NCBI GenBank assembly: GCA_013115145.1
Contig: JAAPAO010000083.1
Span: forward strand, 23,035-87,034
Source: Perkinsus chesapeaki ATCC PRA-425
Taxonomy: Eukaryota > Protista > Perkinsozoa
DNA length: 64,000 bases
Direction: 5' to 3'
The notes under the pieces are model-generated. The model made no database searches. It had not been told where the DNA came from and worked only from the letters and a program-made list of their open reading frames with translations. Within the stretch, counting starts at the first letter, position 1; the number at the start of each line of letters is the position of its first letter. This document shows positions 1-12,080 of this stretch, piece by piece. Made by a program: the position numbers and the translations under genes.

Positions 1-143
1 ATAGCAGTGTAATTTAGAGAGGAAATTTCATATAAGTGAGATTCGTACGTAATTTCCGCAATTCTGAAATATCTATTAATCACGTCACCTTTCAACACAT
101 CAAGGTTAATACGACCTCTGTGTTGTTTAGCTTCCATCACGTT

Positions 144-3100
144 TGGGAGAAGCCTCGGCTGTCCAAGAGTCAGAAGAAGAGAGCTCAGAAGGACGACTCG
201 ACAGACACGCCCGAATCAAGTGCTGAAAGTAGTAGACTTGCTATCCTTGTGTTCGGGGCTCGCTGGAGTATCTAGCTTTAGTCGCCTACGGGCAAGAGAA
301 ATCCTTGGAATTTTCTCCGTAGTTCCTGCAGAGCCATTCGGCTTGGTGGCTGAACTGAACAAGGCAGAGAGATAGTTAAGGTTTTCATTGATATTTGGCT
401 TTATGATCCACCCTGAGTTGGCGTATTATGTTGTTCGGTATCAGGCACTAGTGAGGAGCCATCGAGGAGTGGATGGTCAGCTAAGAAGAAGAAGGTTGTT
501 GGCGAACAGTTGAAGCTTAATAAGGTTTTGGATGGGTAATAGGGCGCTTGAGGGAAAAGGTGGGAATACGTGTAGAGATGTGTTGCTAGTGGGGATATTT
601 AATAGTGAATTGTGTTCATCGTGGAGGACACTCGGGGTTCATCACTTAGGGGTCCATCTCTATCTCGCGGTCTCTATGTGAAACCGAGTAGTCGACTCGG
701 TTGGGGATTTTTGCAACAGATAAAGAGCAAGTATAAAAATGTGTAAATAGCGTCGAGCTGATCATCCCAGCTCCGGTAGACACACTTAGAGTTCTATCTC
801 TACGGGAAAGATTCATGCCCAACGTTATTTGGGAAGTATGCCATGGGCGACGAGGCCGAGTAGTCGAGAAAATCTAAAGGAAAGGTCGCAAGAGATGAAG
901 AGCAAGTTTTGAAAATGTGTAAATAGCGTAGTGCTGATCATCCCAGCTCCGGTAGACCTTTGTATTGTGTAGTGGTAGTACTGTTTTCGACTGAGATGAT
1001 GGTAGCGAATGTTCATATTTGGTATCTTTAGGTTAAACCTGTATGATATCTTGAAGGTCAATCCGACTGCTACACAGGATCAAATTAAGAAGTCATACAG
1101 ACGTAATAGTGACTGTTGATATAGTTTTGTGGCACGTGAATATTTGTGGGTAGGTCTCGTTCTCGAGCATCATCCTGATAAGCAAAAGGGCAGTGCGAAG
1201 GAGGAAGAAGAAAAGCTAACATTCTTAAGAATACAGGTATCTTTAGGTTAAGCATGCAAGATGCAAAGTAGCTCTGTTTTATCAGGAAGCCTTTGAGGTG
1301 CTATCGGATGAGCGTCGTCGCAAGCAATATGATTCATCTCTGCCGTTCGACGAGACCGTTCCCACTGAACTCGAAGAAGATGAAGATTTTTTTGAGGTTG
1401 GAATGGGCCGGTTTGGTAATTTAAAAATAATAGAAAATTTAAACAAGGGATTTACTGACCGAGGCGACCGGAGCCTAATGGTAGAACGCCTGCATCTACA
1501 CTTGAGCTGCCCGTGGGGCTCCCGTGGGGCTTCGATGGGTTGGGAATTCTGATCGTCTGTCTTCTTCTTTTGATAAACGGCAACTTCAAGAAGAGTAATG
1601 CATCGAGTATTCGGAAGCTGGAGTAAAAACTCGTAGGTGGTATGAGATGCTCCGCTGAAAGATGAACGGTGTTAAAACGGGTAAATAGGATATTGTGTTC
1701 GGGAACAATGATATATAAATAACTCTTAATAGTATTATAGTACTAGAAACATTGCGGTGTGAACCACCAATGAATCGCGGAAGAGAGTAACTGAATGAAA
1801 AGAATTTAACAACTAACCGACTCAGTTACTCAGTTTAACTGAGTAATTGAATAGAGGAAGTGCGGAGGACTTTTACAAACGTAAGAGAAATTTGGATGGA
1901 AGCCTATGCACCTTTATGGGTGTACACATTAGTTTTTTATTCAAGTAGTAAATTCTACAAGTGTTGCTGATTTACAAGCTCTGATTAGCAGTGCTTGCGG
2001 AAATCTCGGATGCCACTTCTTCGTGTAGAAGTCGATAGGAACGGGAAATGACGTGTTAATAGAGCTATGTTGTAATCGATCACGTAATCGAATTGCAGGT
2101 ATTCGGTCCAGTGTTCGATGCTAATGCTAGATGGAGCAATCGTCGACCAGTGCCGAGCTTGGGGAATGATACTACCGACCTCAATAAGGTAACCATAAGG
2201 AATCTTTCGGGTGCGCATTGGGAATCTTTCGGGTAACCATAAGGAATCTTTCGGGTGCGCATTGGGAATCTTTCGGGTGAGCATTGGGAGTCTTTCGGGT
2301 GAGCATTGGGAATCTTTCGGATGCGCATTGGGAATCTTTCGGATGCGTATTAGGAATCTTCTGGGTGCGGTGGCTGGAGTAGGTTAGCTTATTACGAGAT
2401 GTTACGCAAAGCGTATACCTGTCGGGATATAGAAGTTATATTAATGGGCGCGCGGTCATTCAGGTTAAGCGATTTTATCATTTCTGGATGAACTTTGATT
2501 CATGGAGGGATTTCTCGCAACATGATGAGTATGATGTAGCAGACGCTAGCTGCCGAGAAGAGAGACGGTGGGTTGAAAGGCAGAATCAGAGGGTAGCATG
2601 TCAACCTGCTTTGCATCTTGCATGCTCCAACCTCAGATACGTCGTAAGTATGAAACTGCTGAAGCGTCAAGGATTAGGAAACTAGTGGAGTCTGCTATGC
2701 AGTAGGTTAATGGACATCTATGCGAATATTCATACCACTCTTCACTTCGATCACATCGTGACTTATACTGTTCTAACCGGTCCGCGTACGTTAACATCAT
2801 CATGCTTGTAAAGCATTGAAGAAAATGAATAATATTGTTATCGGCAAGAATGTGATTCGCTCCATGCAACGGGCGAATAGAGACATCCACATAAGAGCAC
2901 TACTGCTGCTGCTGTCTGTCGGTGAGATTGAGATAGTAGAGAATATGATATGAGTCATTCAGTACAGGTTTACTTACTACTACTATAATAGCCTTTTGAC
3001 AGTATAATAACTTGATTATTGTTATTCAAGTAATTGACAATATAACATTGCTATCTTCGTGTAGGTTGGATCCTAGATTGATACGGGAGAAGGAGGATGA

Positions 3101-6100
3101 GCGTCGAGTGAAGGAGCTTCAACAGAGGGAAAAGGAAGAGATTAGGAAAAGGAAAGAAGAGTAAGAATCATTCGCAGTTCATCGCCTTAGCCCAAAGCCC
3201 CTGAGTTACTGTGTCACTTCAGTGCGACATAATTTAGTTTAGGTGGACTTAGATTGCAGGTAGTGGTTTCGGATTGGTTCGGAATTGTTCTCCAACGGAA
3301 AATATGAAATTTTCGTTAGTTTGTCGTCTTTTGGGAAAGGCTGCTTTCACTATGGAATTTCGCTCGTTTTTGTTGTGGGGAGAACACAGTCTTTTCCTAA
3401 TAATATATGGTTATTAGTATTATATAATTAGAGTATTAGTATTATATACTTAGAGTATCAGAAGTGGTGGGGTTTACCTACAGTCAGGTGCATTTCAATG
3501 TTTTGGCGTATTTATAATTTTTTATTTTAGGGAGGAAGAAGCTGCGAGGAAACGGAAGATAGCTGAAGAAGAGGAAGCTGAACGACGGAAAGAAGAGGAG
3601 AAAAAACGGGAAAAAGAGGAACGCGAGCGTCTCAAGAAGATACGACAGGTATGCGTCGCTTCTTGGCCGGCATTGGTTCGTGGTTCCGGCGGAGGCGGTG
3701 GATCAGTTGTGCGATTTTGGTGTCTTCTTAGAACGTCCGTGGTACTTACAGGAGCAGATGTGATGTTGTGGATCAGGAGACACTTAAAAAGGTAAGGGAG
3801 AGGATACGCTTCAATGCTGTTCGATCTGTTTTGGTGGCAGAAATTTGCATTGTGATGAGAGGGAGCGAGGAGTTCAGATAGCAATGGTTAGATATAATTG
3901 TGAAGGATCAGAAATAGCGCAGGTTCAATGCAACAAAGTTACTAGATGAGTACTAGCGTAGTAGCATGCGCGGCGTCCCTTATGATGGTACAATATTTAC
4001 CAAAGTCGATACTTTTCGAATATTTACCAGACAGGATAAGAATTATTATTTATTCAAGAAGAGCCATGAATTGAACCTGGGTTAATCGATTTACAGTTAG
4101 TCGCTCTACCGTTGGACCATTTTGACTGCTCCTCAGTTGCTTTTGGAGCTCAAACCGGCCCAATTGGAGAAGTTCGCGTTGAAGACCGAAACGTTCTCTC
4201 AGGACAGCAGCAAATTGAAGGCTATGTAAGTTTTAGCGGAGCGAAGCGATTTTTGTATTCCCTTTTTAGGTTTGATTCTGCCCTTGATCACATTTTGCAA
4301 GCTAAAAAGAAGAGCGTGAAGCATGTTGCAAGTGCAGCGAAAACTAATAAGCATAGTAAGTTTAATTGAAGGGAATTCTGAGCGATGAAGGAGAAGAATT
4401 AATGCGACGGCTTAAGCTGGGAAATTTTTGAGTGCGGGTGGGGTAATGAAGAATATATGGGAATGTTGAGGTTGCCCAGAGATTTTGGAGGGTTTCTCCA
4501 TTCATTACTTTATACCACTTGACCATCTTTCTGTAAAATAAATAAGGATGTGTATTGATGTTTATTTTATATCTTAATTGTTCGTTTTGATTTCTAGATG
4601 TAGATTTAGAGGTGAAGCTAATTGAAGTGATAAGTATGCGAACCTTCCAAAAACCTTCCTCTCCGGGGCTATTATCCTGACCATCGAGCTGGTGATTCGG
4701 GAGCTGGTTAGGGTTAGCCGAACTTCGTTGATGCGAGGAAGAGTAGAACCCGCTTGTCTGACATAGACCGACGAACCTTTCATTTTTGGGATTATGGTTT
4801 TTCCATAGATGGATGTTATTTTACTTGTTTATTTCTCCAGGTTCGGCCGGTGCCCCTTGGTCACTTGATGAGGTTCATATGCTAGCTAAAGGACAGCAAA
4901 AATATAAAGTTGGATATGCCGGAAGATGGAGGGCAATCGCACAGTTCTTGCAGAGTGCTGGATTTGATAGGACTGCTGATGAGGTGAGACAAAGGGGACT
5001 ACTGTGTGGGAGATGGGACAGGAAGGAAGTTTTTATTGTGGTTCGAGAGGGAGAATGGAGCGCTTTCATTTCTGGAAGATGCTACGGTCGGGTATAACCA
5101 TGTTGAGCCTGCTTTATATGGTTCGGAGGAGCTTTAATGTTGAGATCGAATTAGACTTTGCAAAATCTCAACTAGCATCGGCCGAGTATGGGACAGCGCG
5201 AATGCCTCCCCGAACAACGTGGTGGCTTCTTGATTAGGTTATCGCCCAGACAAGACTCATGGCCACGCCGGAGTATTTGAAGAATCAAAAAACTGATGAA
5301 AAGCAAGTAGAAGAGGAGCAACAAACAGAGGTGGGAGTCGCCTTAGACGGATTCCGTTTTTGAGAATTTTAAATCTTCGGATTTCTCACCAACCCCATCG
5401 AATCTTATCACGACTCATATGCCAGTAGAATGCCACTCTCAAGAGCTCCCGATCGCCGTGCGTTTCACGGAAATATTCGCCCTTTGGGAAAATTGATCCA
5501 AAAAAGCGTTTTTTCTTGTGACACCTTGCACGCTTTTAGCGAGGAACAATGGTGAATATTTGGTAACATTCGTGGCTGCATTTTCAGTGATATATGTTGC
5601 ATTTTAGTAAAAATGGGACAAAATTTGTGAAAAAAAGTGAAGAAGGAATAGACGGTGGAGGCTATGGGATAGATGACACTAGTTTGTTACGAGAATGGGG
5701 AACGTTAGGATGCATAAGCCTTCTTGAGCGCCAATTTGTTGGAGTGAAATCTCAAGTTTTTCCGAGAGTTTGTCGCCCCCCTCGGATCGACTAATGGCCT
5801 TGTTTTCCGAGTATGTGTGTTCATACCGGACTTCTCTAAATTAACCTAACTTTTTTTAGAAGGCACCCTCTTCTCCACCTACCCCTCCGCCGGCTCCTGT
5901 AGCTGCTGAGCGCAAGGTGGAGCCAGCCAGTTCACCGGAAGACTGGACACCTGCGCAACAGAAGGTAACTTGTTCAACAGCATTATTCATTGTTGATAAG
6001 TTGTGGAAATCTCCTTACACACTTTGAAAAGTATAACATTAGCCGCTTTGAAATTTCTCAGTGTATTTTTATGATAGCAATATCAATTGCCGTGCGATGT

Positions 6101-6788
6101 GGACAGTTTTTTAAATGTACTTTTGGGTGTAAAATTGATGAGTAGGAATTGCGGCGCTGCCGGCTTGATGAACGCAGTGGGGAGGGAGAGTCACGTGTTA
6201 TGTAATGAAGTACCGAGAGCGTACTATCAATGATCCACGCGAACTGCATAACGCAATTATCGGATACGTTACCTTGTTGAGGAGCAAACGTATTACTCAT
6301 CACGGTGACAAATCTATAGGGAGTGATGGGATAGAGACAAGCTCGAGAGCGTTCAGAATCTTCTTGGGTATCTCAGTACGTTCTGTTCCCCGCATAATCT
6401 TCATACGTGCCAGGATTATACCTTTGTGGCATCGATTCCCCGATTTCGTGTAGCCGTCGAATTTGTGTGTTCATGTCAGGCTTTAGAGAAGGGATTGGCG
6501 ACTCATCCAGCATCATTAGGAGCTAATGAGAGATGGAAGAGGATCGCTGATGATGTAAGTTGTATAGGCGAAATGGGGGCGAATAAACTCAACAGGGGTT
6601 TGCTGGAATCTTAGAACCTTGAAGAGGTACAGGTGATTGGAATCAGCTTGCTTACCGAAAGCGAATAATATCAGCACTAATTGATTAGTAGCAACTCTTC
6701 TTCGTTTTAGGTGCCTGGCAAGACCAAGAAAGAATGTGTTGCCCGATTCAAGTACATCCGAGAGCTGGTTGCCAAGGGCCAGGCATGA
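144..6788 (+). CDS. DNAJC2: DnaJ homolog subfamily C member 2 (zuotin/MPP11-like; J domain + two SANT/Myb domains), multi-exon, 5' end uncertain
   Basis: Joined GT-AG exons give LNLYDILKVNPTATQDQIKKSYR / LVLEHHPDKQ (HPD) / EAFEVLSDERRRKQYDS / VFGPVFDANARWSNRRPVPSLG (2099-2188) / FYHFWMNFDSWRDFSQHDEYD..CREERRWVERQNQR / LDPRL / PWSLDEVHMLAKG..RWRAIA / WTPAQQK-ALEKGL..ERWKRIADD-VPGKTKKECVARFK; stop TGA 6786-6788. Exons before ~830 are tentative. Confidence 0.93.
723..957 (+). repeat. ~59-bp direct duplication (723-781 and 898-957) covering an exon end and splice donor of DNAJC2
   Basis: aagagcaagt..aaaatgtgtaaatagcgt..gctgatcatcccagctccggtagac occurs twice, 175 bp apart. Confidence 0.85.
2189..2369 (+). 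repeat. 22-bp minisatellite, 8 copies, intronic
   Basis: Units of the type gtgcgcattgggaatctttcgg / gtaaccataaggaatctttcgg at 2189, 2211, 2233, 2255, 2277, 2299, 2321, 2343. Confidence 0.95.
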
Positions 6789-7312
6789 GGTCGGCAGCCG
6801 CAGCTTAATGAGCCACTGTCAATGTTCCTCACCCCAACGTCTGTTAATAGTTTTCTATCCTGTTGCATTGAAAGAACTGAGTTAAGTTAGCTACGTGTTG
6901 AGGAAAAGTCGGTATGAGTTATAACGATCGTCGTCCTACGTTATATTTTCGATTGTTTTTTTTCAATACGAAGTGAACTTGTGAGTGTGCGATGATTCAG
7001 TCCATCATCGCCTGTGTATGGTAGCTCTTCAACTCCCGTTGAACTCGGGAGTATTTTCGAACCGGTTCCCTTTTAACATAATAAGTAATGCTTTATTTGT
7101 GCGCTTGAGCTTTAACCCCTTTGCATAAGAATATGCTTCATTATACTTTTTTCTAATATTCCTTTAATTTGTTAATTTAGTTTAATAATCTTTTTCGTCT
7201 GTTGGACTGTCTGAGAGGTTTAGTTGTTTATGCCGAGTTGCACACTGGTCAACTTTTACTAACTCATCAAAGCCAACATACACAAAACTTGAAATGTCAG
7301 TTTTCTCGTTTT

Positions 7313-8844
7313 ATGTGGCGGCCATCTTATGCGCCTGCGTATGATTCTGTATCGACCTCATCTGTGAGTGGTGATATTGAAGTGCATCCTGATCAGAGCA
7401 GATGTGATCCAAACCTCTCTTGGTTCGATCGACGGAAGTGCGAGGCCTTCAGCAAGAGGGCATTTGGGTAGGCATTGTTTTTGGATTAGCATCTCCGTTA
7501 ACCGCTCATCAACTTTAATTAACCTCCGTTAACCTATCATCTTTCTCTATCCAGAGGAAGATGATTTTTTCTTCATTACTCACCCGAGCCCCTCCTCCCG
7601 AGCGGTCGGGTGCAGAAAACCGAAATTGAAACCCGAAACCCGCGACCCGGAGGCCCGGTAGATATTCCAAAGCCGTGGTACTCAGCGCTTAGCCGGTCAG
7701 GCGAGTGGCGAGTATTTTACCGCGAGCAATAAACGTGTTTACTTCACGTTTCAAATAATCCTCTTTAGATGGTGGAAGGTCGATATCCTCTTGAATGCCC
7801 TCTCGGCCATGAATGCTCCAGTCGATCTCATCTGCGTAAGATGTCCCACAAACATAACGCACAGTACTTCATTGAGTGCCGTTAGGAAGCTGATGGTCTC
7901 CAATTAGGTGCTGGGTATTCACCTTCTAATAACGCAGTATGGATGTGTGCCAATCACTTCTGGAATCCTTTCCAGTTTCGCCGAATCTTGGCGCATGAGC
8001 TCGTTCATGCCTTCGACTTTGCCCGGGCTAAAATTGATACTGATAACGTTGACCATGTGGCGTGCACTGAAATACGGGCTGCTAATTTGAGTGGAGAATG
8101 CGAGGTGAGTCAAATGGGTAATCCGATACAAGGATACCCTTCGTTTGCTACAGCAATTTTTTTCAGCTCTGGACGAAATGGACCGAATACATAGGCGAAG
8201 ATCCCTTAGGTAAGCTCTTGTTCTCCTCTGGGTTGAAGTTCCTGAACGCAGCATACAAGTTGCTGGTGTGGGTGCAGTACTTTCAAAATATTCACTTTCA
8301 CCTCCAATTAGCAATACGGACTTAATCAACTACATTCATATAAGTCACGGTTTCTGGTCTCACGAGGGTTAGCAGGTAACCATATGTGGTCGAGGAAGCA
8401 GCGTTGCGTGAAAGACGCTGCATTACGTTCACTGAGCGCTCACGGGCGGAGCGAAAAAGAGTCGCGTGACAGCATTGAAAGGGTAGGAAGGGAATTGTGT
8501 TATTTTAGCACGCATGCGCACGTAGGTTTGGTCCCGATGCAGCAAGGATCATTGGCCATTCACAACTGATCCACAATTCGACACCAGGTAGTATTAAAGA
8601 AGTACTAGGTTAAGACTTAGAAGCTCTGAATTTGTCAAGTGCTCTTATTCTAGGTTAGATGACATTCTGTCGCCAATGGCGTGTATAATAATATCAGACT
8701 CGTTATTGATATGAATACTATTTACTAAATAGTGAAGCTCGAATTTCTTGCTTGTAATCTTTTTTTAATTTCACCTGCGCTCAACCCAGGAGCAATACCG
8801 TCTTGGGAGATATCTCACCGTTAGGTACCGAGATCCACCGATGA
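7313..8844 (+). CDS. ATP23: Mitochondrial inner membrane protease ATP23 (peptidase M76), multi-exon; last exon/stop uncertain
   Basis: Exons give ..WMCANHFWNPFQFRRILAHELVHAFDFARAKIDTDNVDHVACTEIRAANLSGECE (HExxH), KQRCVKDAALRSL, VWSRCSKDHWPF. Confidence 0.9.
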
Positions 8845-9062
8845 TAGATAGAAACTCTCAGAAGATGAGATGATCATATTCGGGCAACCGGAAGATAACG
8901 ATTTCTTGTACTGTTCCTAGACCCGTTTCTGCACTACACTAAACCAGTTATGCTTGTCAATATATCTATCTTGAGCGGAGAGAGATGGGGGCCCATATTG
9001 CATTTTAAACACAAATTACAAGTGTCTAAAAGCCTAGTCGAGCGCGAGACAGTGACCGTCGA

Positions 9063-9128
9063 CTCAACTATACTGTAAGGACATGTAGTATTAGTAATAC
9101 TACATGTCCTAACAGTAGTATAGTTGAG
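9063..9128. repeat. Long odd-centred palindrome (perfect 33-bp core 9078-9110)
   Basis: aggacatgtagtatta-g-taatactacatgtcct with imperfect outer arms ctcaactatactgt / acagtagtatagttgag. Confidence 0.95.
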
Positions 9129-9131
9129 CAG

Positions 9132-9153
9132 GCAATTAGTAATTGCCAATTAC
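9132..9153. other. 22-bp 7-8-7 inverted-duplication scar (T=gcaattac)
   Basis: gcaatta|gtaattgc|caattac. Confidence 0.9.
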
Positions 9154-9288
9154 TTACTACCTACAATCTCATTTCGGCGAATCTCGAAGTCCGCGAGGGG
9201 CCTACCGACACAGTTCCATCTGACTGCTAGACAGTGTCTAGCTGGAGATGGGCATTTAAGAAGCTTGCGAAGGGTAGGCGGACTCGTA

Positions 9289-9326
9289 TTGATAAGGCTT
9301 ATCCCCTAGGGGGATAAGCCTATCAA
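9289..9326. repeat. Near-perfect 38-bp palindrome
   Basis: ttgataaggcttatcccctagggggataagcctatcaa (two 1-nt indels between arms). Confidence 0.85.
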
Positions 9327-9431
9327 CTTAGAGCTTGCTTAATAAGCGGTTCTGTCATCCCCGAGATAACGAGTACTGCTACCCGAGCGATTCCATTCCA
9401 ATGAAGTTTCTTAGAAAAAGTAACCGCGACC

Positions 9432-9453
9432 GCATACACTGTATGCCATACAG
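9432..9453. other. 22-bp 7-8-7 scar (T=gcatacag); empty site in duplicate at 9964-9971
   Basis: gcataca|ctgtatgc|catacag. Confidence 0.92.
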
Positions 9454-10017
9454 TGACTGTATTACAGTATTGCGGCTGCCGTAGCCTATTGTGAGAATCG
9501 TGACTTGTGATTCACAAGTAAGACTAGCAAGATTGCGAGAATCTCTCGTGTAACACAAACATCTTTAAGCTAAGCCTAGTGTAGATATGATTGTCTAGTA
9601 GTAGACTCAAACTTTGCCGTATATATTTTTTATTCCACAAGTTCTATGCCAATGGGTTATCAATTCATTAACTATAAGTTCGACGAGAGCCAAGTACAGC
9701 AACATCTGGCTCCGGAGCAGCCCGTTGGACTTTTTGATGCTAATGATGATGTCAACAGCTTCCAGCAGAAATTATTATTGGTTCTGCAACCGTTCTGTTC
9801 ATCAAAATGGATTGATGAGTATAAGCTTTAACTTGAAGAGCAAGTTAAAGGAAGCGGTGACACTGTGGTAGTAAATTCGGTTTATTACTCTTTGGCTAAT
9901 GAGCTTATGTGGGAAGGTTACCTCGACTTTCAAAGAAGTTCCTTAGAAAAAGCGACCGCGACCGCATACAGTGACTGTATTACATAATGTAATTTACATT
10001 CTTGTGGCAATACACCT

Positions 10018-10039
10018 GCCGTAGGCTACGGCCCGTAGC
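10018..10039. other. 22-bp 7-8-7 scar (T=gccgtagc); empty site in duplicate at 9478-9485
   Basis: gccgtag|gctacggc|ccgtagc. Confidence 0.92.
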
Positions 10040-10099
10040 CTATGTATGCGAATATCTCCCCAAACCCAAGGATACTTGTTCGGCTTCGGTATTAGTGGA

Positions 10100-10121
10100 T
10101 CGCTAACTTAGCGACGCTAAG
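10100..10121. other. 22-bp 7-8-7 scar (T=tcgctaag)
   Basis: tcgctaa|cttagcga|cgctaag. Confidence 0.9.
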
Positions 10122-10179
10122 GAGAGCCTATCCGGGTTGTGCAAATACACCGCCAATCAGGTCACAAATGGGTTCCTCG

Positions 10180-11950
10180 CTACATGCCTGGGAGAAATGT
10201 TCTGCAGATTTGGATCCGGGGCGCATGATCATTTCGCTCCATCATGGAACGAAGAATATGCAATAAGGTAGTTTCCTCATGAGTGCCTCCTTGTTTAGGA
10301 AAGATTCTTCCAGAGAAAGGATGACCATGGTCTACGCTACACCACAGTACAACAAAGCCATGGAGAGTGTATTTGCGAAGTTTCACAGGGACTCTGTAGG
10401 AAGCTCGAGAGCTATTCCTCTCGGCGGACAGGAATTGCTGCCGCTGTGGTCCTTGAGTATATACGAGATGATGTAGATATATGGATGACTGGCAACTGCA
10501 TGCGATTCATTCCCAGTTATCCGGCATTCGCATGCTGCTTCCTGTCCTGGGTAGGCAGCTATGCTGGCATGGTTCCGGATGTAGCTAATGAGAGTATCAT
10601 TTGCAGTACCATCCTTGATTATATCGGTTCTACTCTTTGGGTTTGTTGTCGAATCATTTCGAATCGTGGTTGCAGAAGGCAGCCGATGGCCGACGGTTAC
10701 GTGTAAGCCACGGGTCACAGTGAGCGCAGTTTAAGCGAACCAGCTCTTCCTAGAAAAAGACAGTCTGGACACAAAGTTGTGTTAATAAGTTTCTCAATAA
10801 TCTGCATGTGTTTTCCGTTGTCATTCAATTCACTGGGTGATTCAGTATCAACTCCTTGTCAGGATTTTTAGTATCAATACAGTCCTGATCGATGGCTGCT
10901 ACTAACCGTTCGTTTGTCTACTTCCGAATACGGAAGCAATCCACTTGACATATAAGGGTTACAAGTACGAGAAGAAGACCCTCAAATAGGTCGGCGTCAT
11001 CCGGCAAGACCTATTGGTACTGCACCACGATGTACCTCAAGCTTAATCGAGTGTGAAAGGTGATATCACGTCCACATCATGATACTCTGCGCGGAAGAGC
11101 TTCTGCAGTGGAGTCACACGTGGCCATGCGACCGATCTTGGACTAGATCGTTTCATCGGCCCGTGAGGAGGTGATTGAGCAGTCGCCACCGACAAGGACG
11201 TTCTCGAATACGATCCATACATCGTAAAAGGGCTGATCCTAACCATATCGCTCCGCTGAGCCGTTTATTTTTCTTTGACCAACCAATCTCAAAAGACCAT
11301 CGCTGAGCCGTAGTACGGCTGCACTGCAGCCGCTGCAGTTCCCGTTTCTCTATTCCTGCCAAGTTCAAGACGGCAACTATCGGTAGACAAGGGTACACTA
11401 CTCTCGCCTAGGACACTGGTGCTCTTGAATCAAGAGCCTTGATCCTGATTTTCCTCGATCATTGATAAAGCAAGTAGTATCAGGAGCCCACGAGGCCTTT
11501 CTCCATATAGACATTCCGGGTACTCCCTTTCTTCATAGAAGTTATGATTGCCCGCGCTTGGCAGGTGAAGTCCCCAATATCCCTTTCAAGTGTCCGTCTG
11601 CGGTATGCCAGCGAGAGCGTACAGAAGCCCATAAAAATTGATAACTCTTCTCCTAGGCGGTTATCGTCGGAACCGTGGTCACCGTGCGCCACGGATATCA
11701 TCTACATCGACGGTCAACCGGTTCTAACCCTAATCGACGAGTATTCTAGATACGCCGACGCATTGGTGCTTAGCGCAGACCTTGCGCGGCAGAGACTACA
11801 GAGGTCATCTTTGCAGGCTTAATGTCTATGTTCGCTAAGGCCGCAATGAATATTATATGCAAAGAACCGTTCTTCATGAACGGACTCGAGTGTCTAGCTG
11901 ATTTTTTCACTTTCTGCGATCCGTCAAACGTTTTAAGGGCTCCTATACAC
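10180..11950 (+). mobile_element. Decayed Ty3/Gypsy-like pol relic (RT - RNase H - integrase order)
   Basis: Broken frames contain PQYNKAMESVF..YIRDDVDIW and MRFIPSYPAFA (RT-like), HRKRADPNHIAPLSRL (RNase H end, cf. GKENxxADxLSR), GAHEAFLH (integrase His) and PWSPCATDIIYIDGQPVLTLIDEYSRYADALVL (rve core). Judged by motif resemblance only. Confidence 0.6.
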
Positions 11951-12002
11951 TGACTCATGAGACTTGGGATCCTTCTAAGAGTGACCTCAGAGCATTAGCA
12001 GA

Positions 12003-12080
12003 GGCGAGCAATGCTCGCCGAGCACCCTTCCCGATTGAATCGGGAAGTACAATGACAATGACAATCCAAATTGGATTGTC
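12003..12080. repeat. Cluster of odd-centred palindromes
   Basis: ggcgagca-a-tgctcgcc (12003-12019) chained to tgctcg-c-cgagca; cttcccgatt-g-aatcgggaag (12027-12047); gacaatccaa-a-ttggattgtc (12060-12080). Confidence 0.93.

Larger units (their letters stand above)
9403..10043 (+). repeat. Diverged direct duplication (~9403-9489 vs ~9935-10043)
   Basis: gaagtt(t/c)cttagaaaaag..accgcgaccgcataca..gtgactgtattaca..ctgccgtag..cctat shared by both copies. Confidence 0.85.

Noticed and set aside
1985-2328. Minus-strand ORFs with RKIPNAHPKDS repeats
   Set aside because: These are translations of the 22-bp intronic minisatellite of DNAJC2.
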